A DNA stretch of 64,000 nucleotides from Candidatus Latescibacterota bacterium (GCA_963707635.1 OY970173.1:2880001-2944000); one strand, 5' to 3'; positions 43,407 through 55,032 are shown, numbered from the stretch's first letter. Notes: generated from the letters alone by a model not told the origin. Numbers and translations are program-made.

Positions 43407-43503
43407 GCAGAGCCCCTCTGGCAACCGCGGTGCGTTCGTGCTAACCTCCCCAACTTGCGCGCGCGGCAGCGTGCGTGATCGTGTTTCCAGCCAGGGAGTG
43501 AAC

Positions 43504-46437
43504 ATGCGGCGCGCAGCGATCATCGCGGCATCTCTTCTTGCGGGCGCCGTCCCCGTCCACGGCGCTGACTACTTCCAACAGTTCGTGCATACCACCATCC
43601 GGGTGACACTCGACACCGAGCGCAAGTGGATTTCGGGCACGGAATCCATTCTCTACGTCAATAACTCGCCGGACACGCTGCGCCAATTCTATCTGCACCT
43701 CTATCCCAACGCCTTTCGCGACAACGACACCGCGTTCATGAAGAACCGGAACCGCCAGTACAACTGGACGCTCCTGGGCCTCCCGGATGCGAACCGAAGC
43801 TGGCTCGACCTTTCCAACGCGCGCGTGGACGGGACGCCGGTGGACGTGCGCGTCGACGACACCATCGCGAGCATGGCGTTGCCGCGGCCGCTCGCCCCGG
43901 GCGACTCCATGCGGGTCGAGTTCGCGTTCGACGGGAAAGTGCGCCAGGCGTTCGACCGCGCCGGCTACCGCGGCGACCACTACGACTTCGCCCAGTGGTA
44001 CCCGAAGGTGGTCGTGTACGACGAGCGCGGGTTCCACCCCGACAAGTTCCAGGCCGGCGAGTTCTACGGCGAATTCGGGACCTTCGACGTCCACATCGAG
44101 CTGCCGCAGCGTTTCGTGGTGGTCGCGACCGGCGTCGTCGAGAGCGGCGACCCCGGATGGGACTACAACCCGCCGCACCGGAAGCGCGGCGCGAAGACGG
44201 GCGCCGGCAAGACGCCGCCCGCGTCGGGGAGCAAGACCATCCACTTCCACGCCGAGAAGGTGCACGACTTCGCGTGGTGCGCGGATCCGACCTACGTCGT
44301 CCAGGACACGCTCCTCGACGGCATCGAGATCCGAAGCGCGTATCGGCGCCGGAGCGCGTCGACCTGGGAGGACTCGACCCTCGCGCACGCGATCCGCGCC
44401 GTCACCTGGCTGAACCGTCGCGTCGGCAAGTACCCGTATCCGCACATCACCGTCGCCGAGATGTTGCGTATGGGCGGGATGGAATACCCGATGCTCGCGA
44501 TGGACGGCCGCGCGACCGAGGGGCTCGCCTTGCACGAGATCGGCCACATGTACTTCTACGGGATACTAGCCAACAACGAGCGCACGGAGGCGTGGCTCGA
44601 TGAAGGCTTCACCACCTTCCAGACCCGGTGGTATCAGGAGCGGCACTACGGCCCGTGGGGCGACACCAGCCGGCGGAACTGGTACCAGCGCATCACCCCG
44701 CAATACCGGCTGTGGGAAGAGTACCAGCGGGACATCGTGGACCTGCACCGCCGTGGTTACGGCGAGCGGGTGTCGTACCGGGCAGAGGACTACCTCCACT
44801 CGTACCGGGTGAACGTGTATCAGAAGGCGGCCCTCGTCGTCCGCGCGCTGCGCTTCGCCGCCGGCGACGACGCGTTCGACCAGATTCTGCACCGCTACTA
44901 CGATGAGTGGCAGTTCAAGCACGTGAACGAGGCGCGTTTCCGCGCGGTGTGCGAGGACGTCGCGAAGCGCGACCTGTCCCGCCAGTTCGAGCAGTGGCTG
45001 CACACCAAGAAGGCGGTCGACTACGCGCTGACGCGCGTGCACTCGACGCCGGCCGCGAACGGCGTGTCGACCGACGTGGAGATCCAGCGCATCGGCGAGC
45101 TGTACTGTCCGATCGAGGTCGCCTTCACCCTCCCCGACGGGCGCGTCGAGAAGCGCCGCTTCGACGCGCGCGATCGCACGATCCGCCAGAAGGTGGAGTT
45201 GCCGGCAAAGCCGGTCCGAACCCAGATCAACCCGGACAACGAGATCATGGATATCGATCCATCGAATAACGTGACGCCCCGCCAGCGCGACTTCCAGATC
45301 GACTGGCCCAACAACTACTACTATCCCGCCGACGCCTACCAGATCCGCCATCGTCCCGCGATCTGGTACAACGACGTGGACGGCGCGAAGGTCGGCTACC
45401 ATTTGTCCGGGAGTCTCCAGGGCTGGAAGCACCGCGCGAACCTCGGCGTCTACTACGGCGTCGAGAGCGGCGAAACGGATTTTTCAGCGTCGCTGGACGA
45501 GCCGCTGCGCCTGCTGGGGAGCAACGCGACCCTGCACGCCTCGGGCTACAAGATGGAGGGCCGCGCGGACTGGAAGCTCGACCTGCGCCTGACCCGACGG
45601 TCGCATCTGCTCGACCCGCCCACGCACGAGTTGTTGATCGGCTACGGATACCACGAATTGCGCGACCCGCGGTACCTGACCAGCCCGGAGATCTACGACA
45701 CGCTGCAGGCGGACTCCGGCCCGTACTTCGGCTACACCGTCGACCCCCAGCTCGACATCGCGTCGATTCGCTTCGAGGCGAATCTGACGATGGGAAACCA
45801 GTGGTTCGCGGGCGAATACGACTACGAGCGTTTCGCGGCGAGTCTCACCCTGCAGTCGCGACCGAGCGTCGTGAAGGTGGATGCGCGACTGCGGGGGTTC
45901 GCGGGGTTCGCGGGAGGCGGCACCGCCACCTCGCGGAAGTTCAACCTGGCGGGGGCGGGACCGCTGCGCGCCGAGGAGCGATTCTGGCTCCGCTCACCGG
46001 GCGCCGTGCCGGAGGGCCTGCACTATCTGGAGCCCGGCGACGGCAACCTGCGCGGATACGCGGCGGGGACGTTCGGCGTGAACCAGCTGATGGCGCTGAA
46101 CGCCGAACTGGGAGGTCCGCTCGCGCTCCCGGGAATCAAGAAACTGCAGAAGTGGATCGGAACCCCGTCGCTGTACGGGTTCTACGACGTGGGATGGATT
46201 TTCGACAGCGTGAACCCGATCTCGACGAGCGCGCGGGTCGGGGCGCTGGTGGACGGCGGAATCCTGGACGACGTGCTCCAGGACGCGGGACTCGGGATTC
46301 GCTCCGCGGTGGCGTGGCCGTTCTGGAACTTCACCTGGCGTTTCGACGTGCCATTCTATGTAACGAATCCGGAAGTCAACGCCGAGAGCGAAACCATCGA
46401 CTGGCGGTACCTCTTCAGTCTGACGGCGACGTTCTAG
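43504..46437 (+). CDS. Secreted M1 family Zn aminopeptidase with C-terminal beta-barrel-like region
   Basis: Signal peptide; AQWYPK, GGMEYP, HEIGH-18-E (WLDEG), VYQK; amphipathic strands ending in Phe. Confidence 0.88.
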   Translation: MRRAAIIAASLLAGAVPVHGADYFQQFVHTTIRVTLDTERKWISGTESILYVNNSPDTLRQFYLHLYPNAFRDNDTAFMKNRNRQYNWTLLGLPDANRSWLDLSNARVDGTPVDVRVDDTIASMALPRPLAPGDSMRVEFAFDGKVRQAFDRAGYRGDHYDFAQWYPKVVVYDERGFHPDKFQAGEFYGEFGTFDVHIELPQRFVVVATGVVESGDPGWDYNPPHRKRGAKTGAGKTPPASGSKTIHFHAEKVHDFAWCADPTYVVQDTLLDGIEIRSAYRRRSASTWEDSTLAHAIRAVTWLNRRVGKYPYPHITVAEMLRMGGMEYPMLAMDGRATEGLALHEIGHMYFYGILANNERTEAWLDEGFTTFQTRWYQERHYGPWGDTSRRNWYQRITPQYRLWEEYQRDIVDLHRRGYGERVSYRAEDYLHSYRVNVYQKAALVVRALRFAAGDDAFDQILHRYYDEWQFKHVNEARFRAVCEDVAKRDLSRQFEQWLHTKKAVDYALTRVHSTPAANGVSTDVEIQRIGELYCPIEVAFTLPDGRVEKRRFDARDRTIRQKVELPAKPVRTQINPDNEIMDIDPSNNVTPRQRDFQIDWPNNYYYPADAYQIRHRPAIWYNDVDGAKVGYHLSGSLQGWKHRANLGVYYGVESGETDFSASLDEPLRLLGSNATLHASGYKMEGRADWKLDLRLTRRSHLLDPPTHELLIGYGYHELRDPRYLTSPEIYDTLQADSGPYFGYTVDPQLDIASIRFEANLTMGNQWFAGEYDYERFAASLTLQSRPSVVKVDARLRGFAGFAGGGTATSRKFNLAGAGPLRAEERFWLRSPGAVPEGLHYLEPGDGNLRGYAAGTFGVNQLMALNAELGGPLALPGIKKLQKWIGTPSLYGFYDVGWIFDSVNPISTSARVGALVDGGILDDVLQDAGLGIRSAVAWPFWNFTWRFDVPFYVTNPEVNAESETIDWRYLFSLTATF

Positions 46438-46554
46438 TCAACGATACGGACCGAGCACGACCTGGTCGACGCGATTTCACGAGGCGCGCTTTCAACCATC
46501 GCGCGCGAAGTGCATGAGCGGAGAGCAGGTCGTGCTCGGGCCTCAGTGTTGGCC
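46436..46554. repeat. Long imperfect hairpin between convergent genes (attC-like ends)
   Basis: CCGAGCACGACCTG (46451-46464)/CAGGTCGTGCTCGG (46526-46539); outer GTCAAC...GTTGGC. Confidence 0.55.
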
Positions 46555-46576
46555 GAGACAGGACCCGCGGCGGTTG

Positions 46577-47677
46577 TTACGCCACCGACGCGATCACCGC
46601 GGCGGCGACCTCGTCGACCATCGCGTCGGTCATCTCGGCGTACATCGGCAGCGACACGATCTGCGCCACCACCTTCTCCGCCACCGGAAAGGCCCCCCGC
46701 TTCAGTCCCAGATGCGCATACGCCGGCTGCAGGTGCAACGGAACCGGGTAGTGGATGCCCGTCCCGATGCCGCGCCCTTTGAGCTGCGCGATCGTGCGGT
46801 CGCGATCCGGCACGCGGACCACGTAGAGGTGGTAGACATGCGTGCGACCGCTCGCGCAGCGAATCGGGGTCACGCGCGTGCCCGCGAGCGCCGTGTCGTA
46901 GCGCGCGGCGTGCTGGCGGCGCGACGCCGTCCATCGATCCAGGTGTTTCAACTTCACGTCGAGGATCGCCGCTTGAATCGCGTCCAGCCGGTAGTTCCAG
47001 CCTTCGTAGAGGTGGTGGTATTTCTCCTTGCTCCCGTGGTCGCCGAGCGCGCGCAGGTAGACGGCAGCTTCCGCGTCGTCGGTGGCAACGAGGCCGGCGT
47101 CGCCGGCGGCTCCGAGGTTCTTGCCCGGGTAGAAGCTGAAGGCGGTGGTGTCGCCCAGCGTCTTCACGCGATCGCCGTCGATCGCCGCGCCGTGCGACTG
47201 GGCCGCGTCCGCGACCACGCGCAGCCGGCGCCGGGTCGCGATCTCGCGGATCGCCGCCATGTCGGCGGGCTGGCCGTAGAGGTGCACCGGAACGATGGCC
47301 CGCGTGCGCGGCGTGATCGCCGCCTCGACCCGCTCGGGGTCGATCAATTGCGTCGCCTCGTCGACGTCGACGAGCACCGGGCGCGCGCCCGCGTGCGTGA
47401 TCGCTTCCGTCGTCGCGATGAAGGTGTTGCAGGCGGTGATGACTTCGTCGCCCCGCTTGACGCCGACGCCGAGCAATGCCAGGTGGAGCGCCGACGTCCC
47501 GCTGCACGTCCCGACCGCGTGGGCGGCGCCGGCATAGGCCGCGAAGTTCGATTCGAATCGGCGTAGCGCCTCGCCGCCGATGAAATGGCAGCTCTCGAGC
47601 ACGCCGAATACGGCGGCGTCGATTTCGGGCTTGATGGAGGCGTACTGCGCCTTCAGGTCGAGAAACGGGATCGGCAT
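46577..47677 (-). CDS. DegT/DnrJ/EryC1/StrS PLP-dependent sugar aminotransferase
   Basis: IPFLDLK, SGTSALHL, VHLYGQ, DAAQSHG, SFYPGKNLG. Confidence 0.95.
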   Translation of the reverse strand: MPIPFLDLKAQYASIKPEIDAAVFGVLESCHFIGGEALRRFESNFAAYAGAAHAVGTCSGTSALHLALLGVGVKRGDEVITACNTFIATTEAITHAGARPVLVDVDEATQLIDPERVEAAITPRTRAIVPVHLYGQPADMAAIREIATRRRLRVVADAAQSHGAAIDGDRVKTLGDTTAFSFYPGKNLGAAGDAGLVATDDAEAAVYLRALGDHGSKEKYHHLYEGWNYRLDAIQAAILDVKLKHLDRWTASRRQHAARYDTALAGTRVTPIRCASGRTHVYHLYVVRVPDRDRTIAQLKGRGIGTGIHYPVPLHLQPAYAHLGLKRGAFPVAEKVVAQIVSLPMYAEMTDAMVDEVAAAVIASVA

Positions 47678-47819
47678 GTGCAAGAACCTCGAGGGATTCA
47701 GGGTGTCTGCAATCGAGAGCGGGCTACGTCGCAGAAAAAACGCCGCTGGAGCTTGGGTCGCAATGCGCGTTCATGCTACCACAGCCGCGAGCGAACGGGC
47801 AATAGTGGCGCCGCGCCCG

Positions 47820-47849
47820 TTGACACCACGCGGCCGGCGTCCGTACACT
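47820..47849 (+). promoter_or_regulatory. Putative sigma70 promoter
   Basis: TTGACA-18-TACACT upstream of the GT39-like gene. Confidence 0.45.
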
Positions 47850-47889
47850 GCACGCGTCGCCCGCTGCCCGGGCGCGGAGGATCTCTCGC

Positions 47890-49059
47890 TTGACCCTTGA
47901 CCGCCGAACGCTCCTCGCGCTTTTCTCACTCGCGTTCGGGTTGCGCATCCTGTACGCGGCTCTGCTCGGTTCGTCGCCGGAGATGATGGCGATGCACGAG
48001 ACCTACGACTATCGAACCGCCGCCAAGATGGCGGCCGGGGTCAACTGGCTGACCACGCCGGTCTCGCCGTCGGCGCCCGGATACCGCGCCCTGCTCGCGG
48101 CCGCCTTCAAGCTGGTGGGAACGTCCTGGTGGACCGCCGTGATCCTGAATGCGCTGCTGGGGGCTGCCACCACCCTCTTCCTCTACCGCATCGGAGAGCA
48201 ACGGCTGGGCCGGCGGGTCGGCCTGGTGGCGGCGCTGTGGCTCGGCCTGTATGCAAACCAGATTTACTTCGCGAGCGTGGTGGGGCGCCACGTGCTGGTG
48301 ACGTTCCTGTTCGTGTGGTTCGTGCACTCGCTCGTCAAGCCGTTCCACCGCATGCGCAGCGCGGTGTGGTCCTCGATCCTCTACGTCGCGCTCACCTACA
48401 CCGAGCCCATGTTCCTCCTGCTCCTGCCGCTCATCCTGGCCTATCTGGTCGTGTGGGCGACCCACCACCGCGCCTTGAGCATCCAGTACGCGTTCCTGTT
48501 TCTGACGGCAGTGGTCTTGCTGAACATCCCGTGGACGGTTCGCAACTACATCGTTCGGCGCGACATCATGCTGATCAGCCTGGAGGCCAGCCAGTACACG
48601 GGTCCGATCGCGCGTCTCCTGCGTGACTCGCCGCCCGAGCCGCCGCTGGCTCCAGGGGCCGCCACCATCGAACGGCCCGGCTTCGGGTACGAGACCCGCG
48701 AATTCTGGCGCGTCGGGCGCTTCGCCGACGCACCCGGCGATCCGCAGCACGGCATCGCCCCCGAGCCCGCGTGGTCGTTTCGCCACAACGCCACCAGCGT
48801 GGTCAACTTCGGCGTGCTGTTGCCCCTGTTCGCGGTCGGGGTGGTGGTAGCGTGCAAACGCCGGCATCGCGCCGCGCTCGTCCTGACCGGGGCGATCGTG
48901 AGCTATGCGGTGCTGCGCGGGTTCTACGGGGCGGCAGAGCGCGCCCGGCTGCCGGTGGAGCCGCTCATCATCCTGGTCGCTTTCTACGGCGCGAAAGTAC
49001 TGCTCGACGCACGCCGCTCCGGCGGACAACCGGCCGCCGCCCCGGCTCCGGAGACTTAG
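47890..49059 (+). CDS. Polytopic membrane glycosyltransferase (GT39/ArnT-like)
   Basis: Many TM helices; APGY, PWTVRNY, RARLPVEP. Confidence 0.7.
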   Translation: MTLDRRTLLALFSLAFGLRILYAALLGSSPEMMAMHETYDYRTAAKMAAGVNWLTTPVSPSAPGYRALLAAAFKLVGTSWWTAVILNALLGAATTLFLYRIGEQRLGRRVGLVAALWLGLYANQIYFASVVGRHVLVTFLFVWFVHSLVKPFHRMRSAVWSSILYVALTYTEPMFLLLLPLILAYLVVWATHHRALSIQYAFLFLTAVVLLNIPWTVRNYIVRRDIMLISLEASQYTGPIARLLRDSPPEPPLAPGAATIERPGFGYETREFWRVGRFADAPGDPQHGIAPEPAWSFRHNATSVVNFGVLLPLFAVGVVVACKRRHRAALVLTGAIVSYAVLRGFYGAAERARLPVEPLIILVAFYGAKVLLDARRSGGQPAAAPAPET

Positions 49060-50600
49060 CGGGAGGCGCGGAGGTCGCGCCCCGTCATCTCGGCCGGCAG
49101 TTCGATCCCCAGATAATTGAGAATCGTGGGCGCGATGTCGCGCAGCGACCCGTCATCGATCAACGCGCCCCGATAATCCGCATCCACCAGGATGCAGGGA
49201 ACGGGATTGGTGGTGTGCGCGGTGTGGGGGCCGCCGGTGACGGGGTCGACCATCAGCTCGGCGTTGCCGTGGTCGGCGATGATGATCGCGACCTGACGGT
49301 CGAGGTCGAGAGCGGCGACCGCGCTGCCGACACACTCGTCCACGACCTCGCACGCCCGGATCGCCGCCGCGAGCACGCCGGTGTGGCCCACCATGTCGGG
49401 ATTTGCGAAATTGCAGACGATGTAGTCGTGCCGTCTCGCGCGGATTGCTTCCACCAGCACATCGCGCACCTGGTATGCGCTCATCTCGGGCTGGAGGTCG
49501 TAGGTCGCCACCCTGGGCGACGGAATCAGCCGGCGGGTCTCACCCGGAAATTCCTGTTCTTCGCCTCCGTTGAAGAAATAGGTGACGTGAGCGTACTTTT
49601 CGGTCTCGGCGAGCCGAAGCGTCGTCTTCCCCCGCGCCGCGGCGGTGTCCACCAGGATATTGGTGCGCAACTCGGGAGAAAACACGACCGGTCGATCGAT
49701 GGTATCGTCGTAGCGGCTCATGCACACGTAGTGCACGCGCGGATGCGCGACCCGTTCGAACGCCGGAAACGTCTCGTCGATGAAGGCGTGCGTGATCTGG
49801 CGCGCGCGGTCCGCGCGAAAGTTGTAGAACACCACCGAGTCGCCGTCGCGCACGAGCCCGCGCGGCGCGCCCGCGCCGTCCGCGATCACGACCGGTTCCA
49901 CGAATTCATCGGTGACCCCGGCCTGGTAGGAGCGGCGGACCGCCTCCCGGGCGGAGGCGGCGCGCAGGCCCTCGCCGCGCGTGAACAGGTCGTAGGCGCG
50001 GCGGGTTCGCTCCCAGCGTTTGTCGCGGTCCATCGCATAGTAGCGCCCCACGACGGTGGACACGGCGCCGAGCCCGATCGATTCCATGCGCGTCTCGAGC
50101 GCGGCCAGGTAGTTCTCCCCGCCGTCGGGAGCGGTGTCGCGTCCGTCGAGGATCGCGTGCACCCACAGCTCGCGCACGCCCCGGCGTTTGGCCATCTCGA
50201 TCAGCGCGTACAGGTGCTGCTGGTGGCTGTGCACGCCGCCGTCGGAGAGCAGCCCCATCAGGTGGAGCGCGCCGCGGTCGCGAACGCGGTCCATCGCCCC
50301 GGTCAGCGCCGCCATCCGCTCGAAGGAACCGTCGGCAATCGCGCGGTCGATGCGCACGATGTCCTGGTAGACCACGCGGCCGGCCCCGATGTTGAGATGA
50401 CCCACCTCGCTGTTGCCCATCTGTCCTTCCGGCAACCCCACCCACGGACCCGAGGCCTGGATCAGCGTGTGGGGATAGCGCTCCCACAGGCCATCCACGT
50501 TGGGCGTGCGCGCCTGCCGGACGGCGTTGGCCTCGACCTGGTCGCGCCAGCCCCAGCCGTCCATGATGATCAGCACGACCTGCTTCGAATGCGGTGTCAT
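49056..50600 (-). CDS. gpmI: 2,3-bisphosphoglycerate-independent phosphoglycerate mutase
   Basis: IMDGWG, MGNSEVGH, GRYYAMDRD, AETEKYAHVT, NPDMVGH, ADHGN. Confidence 0.97.
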   Translation of the reverse strand: MTPHSKQVVLIIMDGWGWRDQVEANAVRQARTPNVDGLWERYPHTLIQASGPWVGLPEGQMGNSEVGHLNIGAGRVVYQDIVRIDRAIADGSFERMAALTGAMDRVRDRGALHLMGLLSDGGVHSHQQHLYALIEMAKRRGVRELWVHAILDGRDTAPDGGENYLAALETRMESIGLGAVSTVVGRYYAMDRDKRWERTRRAYDLFTRGEGLRAASAREAVRRSYQAGVTDEFVEPVVIADGAGAPRGLVRDGDSVVFYNFRADRARQITHAFIDETFPAFERVAHPRVHYVCMSRYDDTIDRPVVFSPELRTNILVDTAAARGKTTLRLAETEKYAHVTYFFNGGEEQEFPGETRRLIPSPRVATYDLQPEMSAYQVRDVLVEAIRARRHDYIVCNFANPDMVGHTGVLAAAIRACEVVDECVGSAVAALDLDRQVAIIIADHGNAELMVDPVTGGPHTAHTTNPVPCILVDADYRGALIDDGSLRDIAPTILNYLGIELPAEMTGRDLRASR

Positions 50601-52825
50601 TGCCCTCCTCGAACGGCCGCGAGCCGCTTGAGATTTTCCTTCGCCGCCCCATTCTCCGGCTCGAGGCGCAGGGCTTCCTTGAACTCGCGCTCCGCGTCGT
50701 CATAGCGACGCGCGTTCGCATACAGGGCGCCGAGGGTGACCCGCGCGGTCACGTACCCGGGTTCGGTCTTGACGGCGCGCTCCGCGAACGGGATCCCTTC
50801 GTCGATCCGTTTGGTCTCGAGCATCATAACCGCCAGGTTGTTCATCGCGTGGACGTCGTCGGGCTTGAGCGCGACGCACTTTTTCAGGGCGGCTTCGGCC
50901 TGAGGGTATTGCTTCAGCCGTCCGTAGCACACCGCGAGATTGTTGTAGGCACTGTAGAAGTTCGGACGCAGCGCGATCGCCTGCCGGTACTGCTCGATCG
51001 CCTTCGCATACTCCCCCCGCTGCTCCCAGCGCTGCCCCAGGTTGTTCAGCGCGTCCGCGTTGTCCGGCGCCAGATATCCCAGCGCCTCCAGCTTCGCCAT
51101 CGTCTCCTTCGACGCACTGCTCACCGTCCCCGGATCCACCGGCGCCCGCGCCCGGTCCAGCGTGGCCACACTCTGCGCGCTGAACCTCGCCACCGCCTCA
51201 TCGGTAAACGCCGATCGCATCGCCTTGCCCGGCATGTCCTCCGCCCTCGGCAACCCCATCAGCGCCAGTACCGTCGGCGCCACGTCGATGATCGACGCCC
51301 CCTGGATCTCCGCTCCCCGCTTCACCCCCGCCCCCATCAACCCCACCATCCCCGTGAGTCGGTGCCACTCCGCCGCATTCCCCGCCCAGATCTCCGGCCG
51401 GTTCTTCAACCGCGACTCCCCGCTCTTGAACCCGTGGTCCGAGACCACCATCAACACCGTCTGCCCATCCATCTTCCCCATGACCTCGCCCAGGATCTCG
51501 TCCTGCAGCACGTACGCCTCCTCCACCGCGTCCCGGTAGCGCGCAAAGTCCGCCTCACTCACCTCCGCCGAGCGCGGCGGCGTGTGCAGCATGAACAAAT
51601 GACTCACCGCGTCCACCCACTCGAAGTACACCGCCTCCACATCCGGCCGGTCCGTCTCCCACACGTGCAACGCGATCCGCTTGAACGTCTGCGTCGACGC
51701 GTACAGATGCATCAACGCATTCACCGGATCCTTCGCGTCGAACTCCCCCCGATGCCGCGCCAGCTCCGCCGCACTCACGTGCACAAACCGCATCATCTCC
51801 GCATCCGACACCTCCCGCCCCTCCACCACCAACCCCCTCATCTCCCCCCACCGTTCCCTCGGATACAGACTCGTCGCCTCCGCCTGCGCCGTGTCCTTCG
51901 GCGCGTACGCCAGATACCCGAACTTGTCCGTCACCATCACCCCCTCGATCGCCTCCGCCGGGTCCGTCGCCAGCCACCCCACGATCGACACACTCCGTCC
52001 CGCATCCCCCAGCATGTTCCAGAACGCATCCACCTGGCGGTTCTGCCGCCCCACCGGCACCCGCGTCCCCGTCGCCACATCCACTACAAAAAAATCCAGG
52101 ATCCCGTGCTCCTCCGGCTCCCGCCCCGTCGCCATCGTCGTCCACAACAACGGCGAGAGCATCGGCTCCTCCGAACGCAACACCCCCGTCGTCCCCTCCC
52201 GCTTCAGCCGCGCAAAGTTCGGCAACCGACCCGCCTCCATCAGCGGCGTCAAGTTCGCCCAGTCCCCCCCGTCCACTCCCACAATGATCAACCGCCGCCG
52301 TTCTCCTCCTGTCTCCATCGTGCGATCGCCCCACTGCACCACCCGCACCTCCCCCACCGTGATCCCGTAGCCCGCCATCTCGTCGCGCACCCGCCCCGTC
52401 ACCGCGCCCCCAAACCCCTCCGGCCCCCTCGATGACTGGCTCCCCGCCGCCTCGATCTCCGCCGCCGCCACCACCAGCCGCCGAAACGCCGGCACAAACT
52501 CCCTCGAAAATCCCCGCTCCAGCGCCACCGACGAGCCCGCCGGGATCACGAGCCCCACCTCGAACGCCACCCCCAGCGAGTCCCCCTCTTCGAACAGCAC
52601 CGACGCCGACCCCACCGGCGGGATCCGGTACCTCTGCTCCCCGCTCGGGTAGCGTACCAGGCTCACCCCCGGCCCCACGTACGTCCACCCACGCACCACC
52701 GACACACTCCCGTCCCGCGTGATCCGCAACCCTTCCTCCCCACCCGGCACCCGCCGCAACCCCGCCGCCCCCGCCAACAGCCCCAGCGCCGCCAGCGCGA
52801 CCAGAATCAAGCGCGCGCGTTTCAC
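50597..52825 (-). CDS. SPFH-like + alkaline-phosphatase-superfamily phosphodiesterase + TPR protein (copy 1)
   Basis: VGVDG, SPLLWTTMATG, DAVSH, VVSDHG, KLEALGY, then TPRs. Confidence 0.85.
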   Translation of the reverse strand: MKRARLILVALAALGLLAGAAGLRRVPGGEEGLRITRDGSVSVVRGWTYVGPGVSLVRYPSGEQRYRIPPVGSASVLFEEGDSLGVAFEVGLVIPAGSSVALERGFSREFVPAFRRLVVAAAEIEAAGSQSSRGPEGFGGAVTGRVRDEMAGYGITVGEVRVVQWGDRTMETGGERRRLIIVGVDGGDWANLTPLMEAGRLPNFARLKREGTTGVLRSEEPMLSPLLWTTMATGREPEEHGILDFFVVDVATGTRVPVGRQNRQVDAFWNMLGDAGRSVSIVGWLATDPAEAIEGVMVTDKFGYLAYAPKDTAQAEATSLYPRERWGEMRGLVVEGREVSDAEMMRFVHVSAAELARHRGEFDAKDPVNALMHLYASTQTFKRIALHVWETDRPDVEAVYFEWVDAVSHLFMLHTPPRSAEVSEADFARYRDAVEEAYVLQDEILGEVMGKMDGQTVLMVVSDHGFKSGESRLKNRPEIWAGNAAEWHRLTGMVGLMGAGVKRGAEIQGASIIDVAPTVLALMGLPRAEDMPGKAMRSAFTDEAVARFSAQSVATLDRARAPVDPGTVSSASKETMAKLEALGYLAPDNADALNNLGQRWEQRGEYAKAIEQYRQAIALRPNFYSAYNNLAVCYGRLKQYPQAEAALKKCVALKPDDVHAMNNLAVMMLETKRIDEGIPFAERAVKTEPGYVTARVTLGALYANARRYDDAEREFKEALRLEPENGAAKENLKRLAAVRGGQ

Positions 52826-55032
52826 TGCCGGCCTCTCGCCGCGTCGAGTTGCGCCAGGTTCTCCTTCGCCTCGGTATTGTCCGGCTCGAGGCGCAGGGCT
52901 TCCTTGAACTCGCGCTCCGCGTCGTCGTAACGACGGCTCAGCAGATACGCGGACCCGAGCGTCACGTGCCCGTTCGCGTTGCCGGGTTCAACCTCGACCG
53001 CTTGCTCGGCGACGCGCATTCCGTCCGCCACCTGTCCGGTTTCCAGATAGATCACGGCCAGATTACTCATCGCGAAATAGTTGCGCGGGTTTATCGAGAG
53101 ACTCTTCTTCAGGGCGGCTTCGGCCTGAGGGTATTGCTTCAGCCGTCCGTAGCACACCGCGAGATTGTTGTAGGCACTGTAGAAGTTCGGACGCAGCGCG
53201 ATCGCCTGCCGGTACTGCTCGATCGCCTTCGCATACTCCCCCCGCTGCTCCCAGCGCTGCCCCAGGTTGTTCAGCGCGTCCGCGTTGTCCGGCGCCAGAT
53301 ATCCCAGCGCCTCCAGCTTCGCCATCGTCTCCTTCGACGCACTGCTCACCGTCCCCGGATCCACCGGCGCCCGCGCCCGGTCCAGCGTGGCCACACTCTG
53401 CGCGCTGAACCTCGCCACCGCCTCATCGGTAAACGCCGATCGCATCGCCTTGCCCGGCATGTCCTCCGCCCTCGGCAACCCCATCAGCGCCAGTACCGTC
53501 GGCGCCACGTCGATGATCGACGCCCCCTGGATCTCCGCTCCCCGCTTCACCCCCGCCCCCATCAACCCCACCATCCCCGTGAGTCGGTGCCACTCCGCCG
53601 CATTCCCCGCCCAGATCTCCGGCCGGTTCTTCAACCGCGACTCCCCGCTCTTGAACCCGTGGTCCGAGACCACCATCAACACCGTCTGCCCATCCATCTT
53701 CCCCATGACCTCGCCCAGGATCTCGTCCTGCAGCACGTACGCCTCCTCCACCGCGTCCCGGTAGCGCGCAAAGTCCGCCTCACTCACCTCCGCCGAGCGC
53801 GGCGGCGTGTGCAGCATGAACAAATGACTCACCGCGTCCACCCACTCGAAGTACACCGCCTCCACATCCGGCCGGTCCGTCTCCCACACGTGCAACGCGA
53901 TCCGCTTGAACGTCTGCGTCGACGCGTACAGATGCATCAACGCATTCACCGGATCCTTCGCGTCGAACTCCCCCCGATGCCGCGCCAGCTCCGCCGCACT
54001 CACGTGCACAAACCGCATCATCTCCGCATCCGACACCTCCCGCCCCTCCACCACCAACCCCCTCATCTCCCCCCACCGTTCCCTCGGATACAGACTCGTC
54101 GCCTCCGCCTGCGCCGTGTCCTTCGGCGCGTACGCCAGATACCCGAACTTGTCCGTCACCATCACCCCCTCGATCGCCTCCGCCGGGTCCGTCGCCAGCC
54201 ACCCCACGATCGACACACTCCGTCCCGCATCCCCCAGCATGTTCCAGAACGCATCCACCTGGCGGTTCTGCCGCCCCACCGGCACCCGCGTCCCCGTCGC
54301 CACATCCACTACAAAAAAATCCAGGATCCCGTGCTCCTCCGGCTCCCGCCCCGTCGCCATCGTCGTCCACAACAACGGCGAGAGCATCGGCTCCTCCGAA
54401 CGCAACACCCCCGTCGTCCCCTCCCGCTTCAGCCGCGCAAAGTTCGGCAACCGACCCGCCTCCATCAGCGGCGTCAAGTTCGCCCAGTCCCCCCCGTCCA
54501 CTCCCACGATGATCAACCGCCGCCGTTCTCCTCCCGTCTCCATCGTGCGATCGCCCCACTGCACCACCCGCACCTCCCCCACCGTGATCCCGTAGCCCGC
54601 CATCTCGTCGCGCACCCGCCCCGTCACCGCGCCCCCGAACCCCTCCGGCCCCCTCGATGACTGGCTCCCCGCCGCCTCGATCTCCGCCGCCGCCACCACC
54701 AGCCGCCGAAACGCCGGCACAAACTCCCTCGAAAATCCCCGCTCCAGCGCCACCGACGAGCCCGCCGGGATCACGAGCCCCACCTCGAACGCCACCCCCA
54801 GCGAGTCCCCCTCTTCGAACAGCACCGACGCCGACCCCACCGGCGGGATCCGGTACCTCTGCTCCCCGCTCGGGTAGCGTACCAGGCTCACCCCCGGCCC
54901 CACGTACGTCCACCCACGCACCACCGACACACTCCCGTCCCGCGTGATCCGCAACCCTTCCTCCCCACCCGGCACCCGCCGCAACCCCGCCGCCCCCGCC
55001 AACAGCCCCAGCGCCGCCAGCGCGACCAGAAT
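50883..55032. repeat. Tandem duplication: 1925-bp near-identical blocks 50883-52807 and 53108-55032 (period 2225)
   Basis: Direct comparison by eye; three differences noticed (52283/54508, 52310/54535, 52412/54637). Confidence 0.95.
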
